Shown: positions 1 through 7,088, counted from the first letter of the stretch. The stretch: DNA of 22,932 bases from Candidatus Micrarchaeota archaeon (GCA_043813365.1 JBDRLB010000065.1:1-22932); one strand, 5' to 3'. The notes: a model not told the origin generated them from the letters alone. Numbers and translations: made by a program.

Positions 1-2
1 CG

Positions 3-101
3 TATTTCCATCGCAGCGCTGGCGATGCAGATTTGGAAACTATTCGGAGCTATGTGCGCGAGGAGAACGACCCGAGGCAGCGCACCCTCACATCTTATTA
101 A
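3..101 (+). CDS. tnpA: IS200/IS605-family TnpA (Y1 HUH transposase), C-terminal part cut by window edge
   Basis: Manual translation YFHRSAGDADLETIRSYVREENDPRQRTLTSY* matches the TnpA C-terminal pattern YF..S.G....E.I..Y(I/V), including the catalytic Tyr helix; followed by a terminal hairpin. Confidence 0.75.
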   Translation, partial: YFHRSAGDADLETIRSYVREENDPRQRTLTSY

Positions 102-110
102 CGGGGAAAT

Positions 111-130
111 CCTACGCCTTTAGGCGTAGG
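111..130. mobile_element. IS200/IS605-type right-end subterminal hairpin
   Basis: Perfect inverted repeat CCTACGCC-TTTA-GGCGTAGG 9 nt after the tnpA stop. Confidence 0.7.
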
Positions 131-170
131 TAATTTAAATACTGTTGATATAGAATATTTTAGGATTAAA

Positions 171-800
171 ATGGAATTTCAATGGCCATCCAAAGCAGAG
201 CTTAAAAGCTGGATTGGCTACACGGAATTGCCCCTTTCTTATGGCAATCCAAAAAAACTTTTTGAAAACATAGATGAAATGGTTCAAGATTTGGGTTATA
301 GTGTGGAAACGTCACCTTATTCGCATAAAGTAGGTGGTTGGGAAGATGTGGGCGATATTGACGGAAGAATCCTCGCTTTAAGAAAGCGAGAAAGGGAAGA
401 GGGCTACATTCCTGAGGAACACAGATTCATTGTGACACTCATTGGTATTGCAGGAATTGCGCTTATTATACTTGGAATTCTCGGAAATGCATTTCTGATA
501 ATTTTACTTGGAATAATTTTGTTAATACCATTTATTTTGCTGCATCTTACAAAGAAATATGCATTATCCGAGGCAATTGTAATATTATGCTTTGGAGAAG
601 TGAGAAAAGGTTCGAGGGAACGGAAAATAAATGAAAAAATATCTGCAGAAAAAGGATCGACTGCTAGAAGCATTCAAGAGGTTTATCTAACTAGTGATTT
701 ATCCATTCGCATTGGAGGTCAGGCAAATTATTCCGATGGAGAAAAAAAGGTTAAAGAAGACATTAAGGAACTTACGAAAAGAATTGAAAAATTTATTTAA
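171..800 (+). CDS. Hypothetical membrane protein (two adjacent TM helices)
   Basis: 209-aa AT-rich ORF with a hydrophobic hairpin FIVTLIGIAG...LLIPFILL; TATA-like TTTAAATA upstream; convergent with rpoN. Confidence 0.75.
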   Translation: MEFQWPSKAELKSWIGYTELPLSYGNPKKLFENIDEMVQDLGYSVETSPYSHKVGGWEDVGDIDGRILALRKREREEGYIPEEHRFIVTLIGIAGIALIILGILGNAFLIILLGIILLIPFILLHLTKKYALSEAIVILCFGEVRKGSRERKINEKISAEKGSTARSIQEVYLTSDLSIRIGGQANYSDGEKKVKEDIKELTKRIEKFI

Positions 801-803
801 AAA

Positions 804-1019
804 CTAATATCTCGGATAGGGGATGATCTCGTCGATCAGCTCCTCCTGCGAAAGCAGCATCCGGCGGCAGCAGTAGCGGTCGAAGCCGAGCTTGTCGAGT
901 ATTTTGCCGACATCGCCCTCCTTTCTTATGTGCTGCGTCTTCTCAACTTCCTCCCCGAACTCGTAGTATTTGTCCGCGACAACCTTGCCGCATGAAAAGC
1001 ATCTCACTGGAATCATCAT
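804..1019 (-). CDS. rpoN: DNA-directed RNA polymerase subunit N (Rpo10)
   Basis: [11 protein letters not shown]...RYCCRRMLL signature. Confidence 0.98.
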   Translation of the reverse strand: MMIPVRCFSCGKVVADKYYEFGEEVEKTQHIRKEGDVGKILDKLGFDRYCCRRMLLSQEELIDEIIPYPRY

Positions 1020-1022
1020 ATC

Positions 1023-1349
1023 TCATCTACCTTTCTTCTTTTTCGACGGCCTTGCTGCTTTCCTTTTTGGAATGACCTTTTTTTCCTTTTCCGCAGTTTC
1101 AACTTTTTCCTTCTTCTCTATTTTCGGCTTCTCCAAAGGCTCCTCATTGTCCTCCGGATTTTCCTCCTCTTCCGGGACGCCGATGAGCTCGCCCTTGTAA
1201 TTGCACTCTTCGCATTCCCACTTGTCGCCTCCAGAGGAATCCATCTGCTCCTCTATGGAAGCCCACTCATCCACGACCTTCACGGGCCGCACATCCGAGC
1301 TGCCGCAATTGGGGCATACTTTCAACACACGCCGCTTTGCCTTCACCAC
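1023..1349 (-). CDS. Hypothetical Zn-ribbon protein with acidic linker and basic tail
   Basis: CPNCGS...WECEECNYKG (two CxxC); fills the gap between rps9 and rpoN. Confidence 0.8.
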   Translation of the reverse strand: MVKAKRRVLKVCPNCGSSDVRPVKVVDEWASIEEQMDSSGGDKWECEECNYKGELIGVPEEEENPEDNEEPLEKPKIEKKEKVETAEKEKKVIPKRKAARPSKKKKGR

Positions 1350-1360
1350 AGCTGCATCAC

Positions 1361-1792
1361 TTACCTGTATGATTTCGTGAACCTTGCCCTTGCCTTTGGG
1401 CCCTTGAATTTCTTGGGCTCGACCCTACGGGGATCCTCGACGAGAAGGCTCCGGTCATATTCAACGAATCTCGCCTTCAGCTTGTCATCCTTCACGAATT
1501 TGACAAGAGCCCGCGCAACAGCAGTCCTTGCCGCCTGCGCCTGCCCTGAGAATCCTCCTCCCTTGACGTTTATATTTATATCGAAATTGCGTGTTTCAAC
1601 GAAATTCAGCGGCTCCTCCACTACTTGCTTTATGAATGGCGAATCATATGCGGAAATCTGCTGCCCGTTGAGGGAGATCCTTCCGGTGCCCTCCTTGATG
1701 GATACGCGTGCGATCGCCTCCTTCCTCTTCCCCCTAGTGACTATGCTTTTCCGTTTCTTCTTCGGAGATTCCGCTTGAGCCTGAGTTTCCAT
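1361..1792 (-). CDS. rps9: 30S ribosomal protein uS9
   Basis: GKRKEAIAR, GGGFSGQAQAAR, DPRRVEPKKFKGPKARARFTKSYR. Confidence 0.98.
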   Translation of the reverse strand: METQAQAESPKKKRKSIVTRGKRKEAIARVSIKEGTGRISLNGQQISAYDSPFIKQVVEEPLNFVETRNFDININVKGGGFSGQAQAARTAVARALVKFVKDDKLKARFVEYDRSLLVEDPRRVEPKKFKGPKARARFTKSYR

Positions 1793-1804
1793 AATCGTTT
1801 ACCC

Positions 1805-2209
1805 CTATATGCTTTCGCACAACTCCTTCATTGTGATGAATTTGTTCGCCAGCCTTTCAGCGGTGAACGCGAATTTTTCGGCCTTCCCCTCCATCCCCTT
1901 CGGGACGCCGAGGTACACCTTGATTTTCCTTGCCGCAGCTTTTCCCCTTCCGGAATGCTTGGGGAGCATTCCCTTGATTATCCTCTTGAACATCATGTCC
2001 GGGCGCTTTGGCCATTTGGATGCATTCTCGGGGTTTGCCTTTTGCGTCATGTGCCTCCTTCCCGAGTATTTTGCCCTTGTTTTCAAGGGGTCGCCGCTTA
2101 TCACGGCGGATTCCGCGTTCACGATGGACACATCCTCGCCCTGCAGCGCTTTCTTTGCTGCAAATGCCGCGAGCCTGCCTGCTATTGCGTCCTTTGCATC
2201 GATAATCAT
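1805..2209 (-). CDS. rpl13: 50S ribosomal protein uL13
   Basis: IIDAKDAIAGRLA...PKRPDMMFKRIIKGMLP. Confidence 0.98.
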   Translation of the reverse strand: MIIDAKDAIAGRLAAFAAKKALQGEDVSIVNAESAVISGDPLKTRAKYSGRRHMTQKANPENASKWPKRPDMMFKRIIKGMLPKHSGRGKAAARKIKVYLGVPKGMEGKAEKFAFTAERLANKFITMKELCESI

Positions 2210-2565
2210 ATGATCAGCCTTACCTTCGAACCCTTCGCATTCAGCTGCACCAGTTTTTCTATTGACATCGTTTCCGCTCCTCCTTTCTTTAATTTTACAA
2301 GGGCGGATTTCGAGAAACGGAATGCTGCAATTTTTGCCTTCTTCCGCATCTCCCCGATCCCGAGCACCTTCCCCGGGACCAATGCGGTTTCGCCGTCATT
2401 CAGCACCCGTCCCAAACGGTTGAGGTTGACCTCTACCCTCTGCCTCGTGGGCTTCCGCAAGTAAAATGCGGCCCTTCCCCAGATTGCCGCATCGTCCTTC
2501 CTCCCTGCCTTCTCCAAAGTGACCAAGAGCTTCCTCAGACTCTGAATTTCGGTTCCGTGCTTCAT
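2206..2565 (-). CDS. rpl18e: 50S ribosomal protein eL18
   Basis: EVNLNRL...VPGKVLGIG...AAFRFSKSA; start moved to ATG 2565 (MKHGTE, GAGGT upstream) because the longer ORF-track version reads through tRNA-Leu. Confidence 0.96.
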   Translation of the reverse strand: MKHGTEIQSLRKLLVTLEKAGRKDDAAIWGRAAFYLRKPTRQRVEVNLNRLGRVLNDGETALVPGKVLGIGEMRKKAKIAAFRFSKSALVKLKKGGAETMSIEKLVQLNAKGSKVRLII

Positions 2566-2600
2566 CTTCAAAACCTCAAATATGAATGCAGGGGCTGGGA

Positions 2601-2703
2601 CACTCATGCCAAGCCCCGCAACAAAAAATATCGGCCGAAGGCCGCAAAAATGTTTTCTTTGGCGGCGCCACCGCCTTTCTTTCCAAAAAGAAAGGCAAGG
2701 CAA
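2601..2703 (-). other. tRNA-Leu T-loop intron at 59/60 (103 nt)
   Basis: Strict BHB: CUGGG/CCCAG, central UUCA/UGAG, bulges AAU and UGU, intron helix UGCC/GGCA. Confidence 0.9.
2635..2696 (+). repeat. Small palindromic element, copy 1 (inside tRNA-Leu T-loop intron)
   Basis: CCGAAGGC..TTTTCTTTGG..GCCTTTCTTT-CCAA-AAAGAAAGGC. Confidence 0.7.
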
Positions 2704-2750
2704 TTTGAACCCAGGCATCCCTACGGAACAGAGACCTCAACCCTGCGCAT

Positions 2751-2803
2751 TTGGCCAAAAATGCTCGAGCCGTTCTGTCCAAAAGGTCGGCTTTTCATTT
2801 TTT
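2751..2803 (-). other. tRNA-Leu D-loop intron (53 nt)
   Basis: Central helix GGUC/GGCC, two AAA segments, intron helix AAAAAUG/CAUUUUU (relaxed BHB). Confidence 0.85.
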
Positions 2804-3058
2804 TTGACCAGGCTCTGCCACCCCTGCAATAAACTTCAACGCCTCCTCGTCCGTCAATCCCTCGAAAGCGATTTCCTTCTCCCGAGATTTCGCGCCCTTG
2901 AGCAGGAATACTTCCCTTCCGGAGAGCTTTTCCAGCTCCGAAAGGAGTTCCCTGTTTGCCCTCCCGCCATTTGCGGGGCTTTTCAGGCGCACGATTATTT
3001 TCCCTTCCTTCATTCCGATCCCAAAACGCTTCGCGTTCGGGACCGCCTTTAATTCCAT
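2795..3058 (-). CDS. DUF167 / YggU family protein
   Basis: VPNAKR...VRLKSPANGGRANRELL...LLKGAKSREKEI; start overlaps the rpoD stop (TAATG). Confidence 0.9.
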   Translation of the reverse strand: MELKAVPNAKRFGIGMKEGKIIVRLKSPANGGRANRELLSELEKLSGREVFLLKGAKSREKEIAFEGLTDEEALKFIAGVAEPGQKK

Positions 3059-3639
3059 TACTTTATTTCCTTCGATTTGCCGAGCTCAACTGCCTTTTCC
3101 TGCAGCAACTTGAGCCCGCGCAGAAGCTGCTCCTCGGCCGAGAGGTTGTTGAAGCTCTCGACGAAGAACGTGAATTCCGGGCTCTTCTTTTCCGGATCAT
3201 AATTGTAGGATGCGATCGCGCTCTGGAATTTTGCATGCTGCTTGGATGTGCCCTTCGTTACCTTCGCCTCAAGCCGCAATTTCTGGTTCGGCCCCAGCTT
3301 CATTATCGGGATGTTGTCGTTGTAAACCTTAATGCGCTCGTCCGAGCTCTTCAGGTCACGCGAATAGACCATGCAAGGGCCTTCGGCATTGAGAGAGAGC
3401 GTAATTTCAACCTTGTCCGCATAATTCTCCTCGTAAGTAAGGGGCATCATGCCCAGCCTGTTCGCGACGTAGTCGTTGAACATCGCGGAATTGTTCTCGT
3501 AGAAGTCAACATCATCTATTGCGAAAGCCTCAAGGTCGGAAATTATGGAGCGCCTGAGCGCATTCATCATTGCAACTGATGCGCCCTTCACCTTAATTTC
3601 CAGTTTCTGCCTCTCGTTTTTCAGGATGCTGAACTCCAT
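3058..3639 (-). CDS. rpoD: DNA-directed RNA polymerase subunit D (Rpo3), short form
   Basis: NALRRSII...NNSAMFNDYVANRLGMMPL...HAKFQ...FFVESF. Confidence 0.96.
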   Translation of the reverse strand: MEFSILKNERQKLEIKVKGASVAMMNALRRSIISDLEAFAIDDVDFYENNSAMFNDYVANRLGMMPLTYEENYADKVEITLSLNAEGPCMVYSRDLKSSDERIKVYNDNIPIMKLGPNQKLRLEAKVTKGTSKQHAKFQSAIASYNYDPEKKSPEFTFFVESFNNLSAEEQLLRGLKLLQEKAVELGKSKEIK

Positions 3640-3648
3640 TTTATCGCC

Positions 3649-4221
3649 TTATACCCTTCTTCCCCTTTTGCCGCCCGGCCTTTTCGTAGTGTCGGTCGGG
3701 ACCGGCGTAACATCTTCTATCTTGCCTATTCTTAAACCTGACCTTGCAAGCGCCCTGATGGCCGCCTGCGCACCCGAGCCAGGCGTCTTCGTGCCATGCC
3801 CTCCGGGAGCGCGCACGCGTATGTTAATCCCCACAAGCCCCCTTTCCTTCGCCTTCTCAGCTGCCTTGAACGCGGCCTGCATTGCCGCATAGGGCGATCC
3901 CTCTTCGCGGGAATTCTTCACGATCATGCCGCCGCTTCCCTTGGCAATTGTTTCGGCGCCGCTCAAATCCGTTATTGTGATGATTGTGTCATTTTTGGAC
4001 GAATAAATGTGCGCTACCCCCCATTTGCCCTCCTTGGCGATGTATCTCCTCTCGAAGCGGTCGTCCCTCCTTCCAAATGTGCGGGGCGCCTCTTCCACCT
4101 TAATGTCCTCCTTTTTTACTGCTTCAGCTGCCGGCGCATCCGCCTTCACTGGTGCGGTTGGAGCATCGGCTGCCTTTGCCTTCCCTTCCTCCCCTGCGAT
4201 AATTTTTTCCTCAACCATCAA
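3649..4221 (-). CDS. rps11: 30S ribosomal protein uS11 with N-terminal extension
   Basis: [19 protein letters not shown]...[10 protein letters not shown]...GGKRGRRV. Confidence 0.98.
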   Translation of the reverse strand: MMVEEKIIAGEEGKAKAADAPTAPVKADAPAAEAVKKEDIKVEEAPRTFGRRDDRFERRYIAKEGKWGVAHIYSSKNDTIITITDLSGAETIAKGSGGMIVKNSREEGSPYAAMQAAFKAAEKAKERGLVGINIRVRAPGGHGTKTPGSGAQAAIRALARSGLRIGKIEDVTPVPTDTTKRPGGKRGRRV

Positions 4222-4793
4222 TTCTCACTTTTTCCAGCATTCAACTCGGCCGCATCGGAAATGCCCGCTCCGACGTTTTCCTCCTCCTTCTTTGCGGGTT
4301 TCGGCTGCGCTTCCACCCTGATTGCATGGCCGTACCATTCTATTTTCCCCTCATCCTCGTACTTCACGAGGTAGGATGGGGATGAAATTTTTGTTCCCCC
4401 AACGGCGATATGGCCGTGCGCGATGAACTGCCTTGCCTGCCTGACGCTTTTTGCAAGGTGCTTCTTGTATACGATTGTCTGCAGCCTCCTTTCCAGGATG
4501 TCCCGGACTGTAAGCGAGAGCACATCGTCTAGTGAGATGTTTTCCTTCTTGATGAGGAATTTCTTGATCCTGTTTATCAGCTTTTTGGAGCGTTCCTCAA
4601 CGTCCGTCCCCTTGCCTGAAAGGAGCCTCCTGGCCTCGCGCCGAATCTTCCTTAGCCGGGTCTGCATTTTCCAAACCTCCCTCGCATTTTTCAGCCCGTA
4701 TTCGTCCGCTATCTTCCTCTCGGTCTCGATCCGGGTCTTGTCCCAGAGCTTCTTCGGTTTTTCGTATGATTTCCTTAAACGCTTGGCACCCAT
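4218..4793 (-). CDS. rps4: 30S ribosomal protein uS4
   Basis: [11 protein letters not shown]...LERRLQTIV...[10 protein letters not shown]. Confidence 0.98.
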   Translation of the reverse strand: MGAKRLRKSYEKPKKLWDKTRIETERKIADEYGLKNAREVWKMQTRLRKIRREARRLLSGKGTDVEERSKKLINRIKKFLIKKENISLDDVLSLTVRDILERRLQTIVYKKHLAKSVRQARQFIAHGHIAVGGTKISSPSYLVKYEDEGKIEWYGHAIRVEAQPKPAKKEEENVGAGISDAAELNAGKSEN

Positions 4794-4807
4794 ATTGGCT
4801 CACATTA

Positions 4808-5491
4808 TTATTTCTTCTTCTCTGCAGCACCTGCCTTGCCCTGCGCTCCAGCAGCTGCTGCCGCTTTCTGTTCCTTGATCGCCTTCTTCATGACTCCAAC
4901 AGTGAATCCGGACCTTCCGGTTGTCCTTGAGTGCTGGCCCCTCACCCTCTGGCCCAATGAGAACCTCCAGCCCTTGTATGTGTGCATGTCCTTCTCATTC
5001 TGGATGTCCTGCTTTTGCACGAATGTGAGGTCGTTCATCAGGAGGTGCATGTTCTTTCCCGAATCACGGTCCCTTTGCCTGTTCAGCATGTAGCCCTTGA
5101 TTCCATGCGAGGCGGGGCTCTTGATTATTTCATCGAGCCGGTCCATCTGTTCCTCGGAAAGGTCGCCCACCCTCGTTTTCTTGTTGAGCTTCAATTCCCT
5201 GAAAATTATTTTTTCGAGCGCCCTTGCAAGTGTCGGCCCGATGCCCCTTACCCTCATAAGTGCCTTGAAGAGCGTGAAATGGCCATCCAGGTCCTTGCCT
5301 GCGACGCGCACGATTCCCCTGAAATTAGGGTTCTCATCCCCTTGCTGGGAAACTGCCGGCTTCTGGAATTGGGGCTTTGCCTGCTGCGGCGCATTCTGGG
5401 GCCTTTGCGAGGGCTGCGGCTTTTGCTGGTTTGCAATCGGCTTTCCCTGCTGTGCACCCTGTTGCGGCTTTCCCTGCTGCATATCGGCCAT
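4808..5491 (-). CDS. rps13: 30S ribosomal protein uS13 with Gln/Pro-rich N-terminal extension
   Basis: FRGIVRVAGKDLDG...RVRGQHSRTTGRSG. Confidence 0.98.
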   Translation of the reverse strand: MADMQQGKPQQGAQQGKPIANQQKPQPSQRPQNAPQQAKPQFQKPAVSQQGDENPNFRGIVRVAGKDLDGHFTLFKALMRVRGIGPTLARALEKIIFRELKLNKKTRVGDLSEEQMDRLDEIIKSPASHGIKGYMLNRQRDRDSGKNMHLLMNDLTFVQKQDIQNEKDMHTYKGWRFSLGQRVRGQHSRTTGRSGFTVGVMKKAIKEQKAAAAAGAQGKAGAAEKKK

Positions 5492-5531
5492 CGTTTATAC
5501 CCCGTACTGAAATTGAGCGCCGGGACTGGGA

Positions 5532-5619
5532 TACTCTTTCCCCGGACACGGCATGAAAAAAATTTCTGGAATTTACCATTCCAAAATATAGTTGTCAGGC
5601 AACCTCGTGCAAGAGGAAT
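5532..5619 (-). other. tRNA-Ser T-loop intron at 59/60 (88 nt)
   Basis: Central UUCG/AGAG (3 of 4 pairs), bulges AAA and UAU, intron helix UUCCUC/GGGGAA. Confidence 0.85.
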
Positions 5620-5651
5620 TTCGAACCCAGGAGCCCTTGCGGGCACCAGCT

Positions 5652-5686
5652 TTCTCCTTTTTTTCTGCCTTAACGCAGAAGAAAGC
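5652..5686 (-). other. tRNA-Ser anticodon-loop intron (35 nt)
   Basis: Insert between CTGGAA and AGCTGG with inner hairpin UUCUGC/GCAGAA; central BHB helix only partly paired, so boundaries may shift by a few nt. Confidence 0.75.
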
Positions 5687-5726
5687 TTCCAGGCTGGCGC
5701 TTTAACCACTCAGCCATCCCGGCGAA

Positions 5727-5774
5727 CCTTTTCTTTTTGGAAAAGAAAAGCTTCACCAAAAGAAAAGCCTTCGG
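5727..5774 (-). repeat. Small palindromic element, copy 2 (tRNA-Ser 5' leader)
   Basis: Minus strand CCGAAGGC-TTTTCTTTTGG-TGAAG-CTTTTCTTTT-CCA-AAAAGAAAAGG. Confidence 0.7.
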
Positions 5775-5823
5775 AAAACAAGTTTCCTCAGGCGTTCGTA
5801 GGCTATTTTTATCGGAATTAGGG

Positions 5824-5831
5824 TTTATAAG
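5824..5831 (-). promoter_or_regulatory. Probable TATA box of the tRNA-Ser/rps13 operon
   Basis: CTTATAAA on the minus strand about 100 nt upstream of the tRNA 5' end. Confidence 0.5.
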
Positions 5832-5875
5832 CGTTTGTTTTGGAGTTGGTTTCTTTGGCGCGCCGCTTCCGCTGT

Positions 5876-6421
5876 TCAAGCAATTCCTTCCAAAACTTTC
5901 TCCGCCCTCCTAGAAATCGCAAATTCCGCCTGTGCCGGAGTGAGAAGGAACAATGTTGACGCAATCGCAATGATTTCCTGCGGGGATTTCAGTTCAAATG
6001 CATTGGTTGCCCTAGTTGTAAAAACAAATTTCGCATCCAGCTTCAAGCACCTTTTAATGAAGTTCCTTGTTTGGCTGATCAATTTGGCGCGGTAGATGAA
6101 ATTGGCTTTCAGGAATTCAGATATGGGGATTTCGAAAACGGTTTCCCTCTCAACCGCTTCCCTTATCAGCCCCTCATCCCTGTAGAAATCCCTTGCAGAT
6201 AGCGGGTTGCACAGCAGCGGCTTTTTCTGCTTGATGCAATTCCTCAAAAGTTCCGGATCCGTTGACTGGATGGAAATCAGCTCCCTCGAATTGGCTGCAT
6301 TCAAATCCTTTCCGCTTCTTAGGTCAATTATTTTTGCGGTAAGAACACGCGAAAAACCCAGCTTCAACGCTTCCGCTTCCAATCCCTTGTTTTGGAGGTT
6401 GAGGTCGATGTACTCACTCAT
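5876..6421 (-). CDS. rnp3: RNase P protein component Rpp30
   Basis: FEIPISEFL...FVFTTRATNAFELKSPQEIIA matches the Rpp30 C-terminal motif; near rpl15e. Confidence 0.85.
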   Translation of the reverse strand: MSEYIDLNLQNKGLEAEALKLGFSRVLTAKIIDLRSGKDLNAANSRELISIQSTDPELLRNCIKQKKPLLCNPLSARDFYRDEGLIREAVERETVFEIPISEFLKANFIYRAKLISQTRNFIKRCLKLDAKFVFTTRATNAFELKSPQEIIAIASTLFLLTPAQAEFAISRRAEKVLEGIA

Positions 6422-7058
6422 ACCTATATTCCCTCAAATGCCGTTCAATAAATTCTTGTCGAGTCAATTTTCCCGAAAGCAATTCCTTCAATTCGGCAAG
6501 ATGACCTTCTCCATGGATCAATACTCCCAGTTCATTTTCTCCCCATCTTTCGGATAAACTAAAAATATCCCGGGACATCTTGTCGTTCAAATGCGCGCTA
6601 ATTATTTTTAATAATTTAGAAACGGGCGCTCTAAATGAAACTGCATCTTCTGGTTCCTTGGGAATTCTTGTTGGTCTTCTGAACGGATTGATATCATACG
6701 CGAGCGCCCCGAAGCGATAAAATTTTTTTATTTTGCTTACTTGCACCTCCGGGATGCCGTTAAGCCGGGACCATGTGCTTATTTCAGGCCACGAAAGGGA
6801 ATTTATCGAGGTTGCGCCTTTCCAATATTTCCGATTCAGCATTCCGAGGTATGGGCGGGGCTTTCCTTCTGTGTAGAGGCGAATTGGCGAGGTTGCCTGT
6901 AATATTTTCAAATGCCTCCTTATTTCCCTTTGGATTTCAATTTTTGGGCCCAGTTTTATTCCGTGTTGTATGCCTATGAGCTCCACATAGCGTCCGTTGG
7001 GCATACGAACCCTTGCGGTATAAATATACTTATATTTTGGCGCTTCCGCTTGCTGCAT
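6414..7058 (-). CDS. Hypothetical protein, possibly TraB/GumN (Tiki-like) fold
   Basis: VELIGIQHG...LYTEG...VLIHGEGHLAELKELL; overlaps the rpp30 start. Confidence 0.55.
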   Translation of the reverse strand: MQQAEAPKYKYIYTARVRMPNGRYVELIGIQHGIKLGPKIEIQREIRRHLKILQATSPIRLYTEGKPRPYLGMLNRKYWKGATSINSLSWPEISTWSRLNGIPEVQVSKIKKFYRFGALAYDINPFRRPTRIPKEPEDAVSFRAPVSKLLKIISAHLNDKMSRDIFSLSERWGENELGVLIHGEGHLAELKELLSGKLTRQEFIERHLREYRYE

Positions 7059-7088
7059 GGGAAAATAAGGGAAAAGCAGCTTAAAAAA

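Larger units (their letters stand above)
2587..2827 (-). tRNA. tRNA-Leu(GAG) with two non-canonical introns (about 21/22 and 59/60)
   Basis: Exons 2827-2804, 2750-2704, 2600-2587 assemble to GCAGGGG TG GCAGAGCCTGGTCAAATGC G CAGGG TTGAGGT CTCTG long V-arm CTGGG TTCAAAT CCCAG CCCCTGC A; same position before rpl18e as in other archaea; CCA not encoded. Confidence 0.93.
5518..5723 (-). tRNA. tRNA-Ser(GGA) with two introns (37/38 and 59/60)
   Basis: Exons 5723-5687, 5651-5620, 5531-5518 assemble to GCCGGGA TG GCTGAGTGGTTAAAGC G CCAGC CTGGAAA GCTGG V-arm GCCC-GCAA-GGGC CTGGG TTCGAAT CCCAG TCCCGGC G; G73 discriminator; located before rps13 as in other archaea. Confidence 0.93.

Noticed and set aside
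2601..2703. Protein-coding (homing endonuclease) content in the tRNA introns
   Set aside because: All four introns are 103 nt or shorter.
2566..2718. 51-aa N-terminal extension of eL18 in the ORF track
   Set aside because: It is a translation of tRNA-Leu intron and exon sequence; a good SD and ATG exist at 2565.
1377..5821. Many long plus-strand ORFs opposite the ribosomal genes
   Set aside because: Antisense shadows of genuine genes; the same applies to similar ORFs elsewhere in the window.
5254..5879. Minus-strand ORFs 5254-5709, 5334-5579 and 5670-5879
   Set aside because: They overlap tRNA-Ser and rps13 and have no protein-like features.
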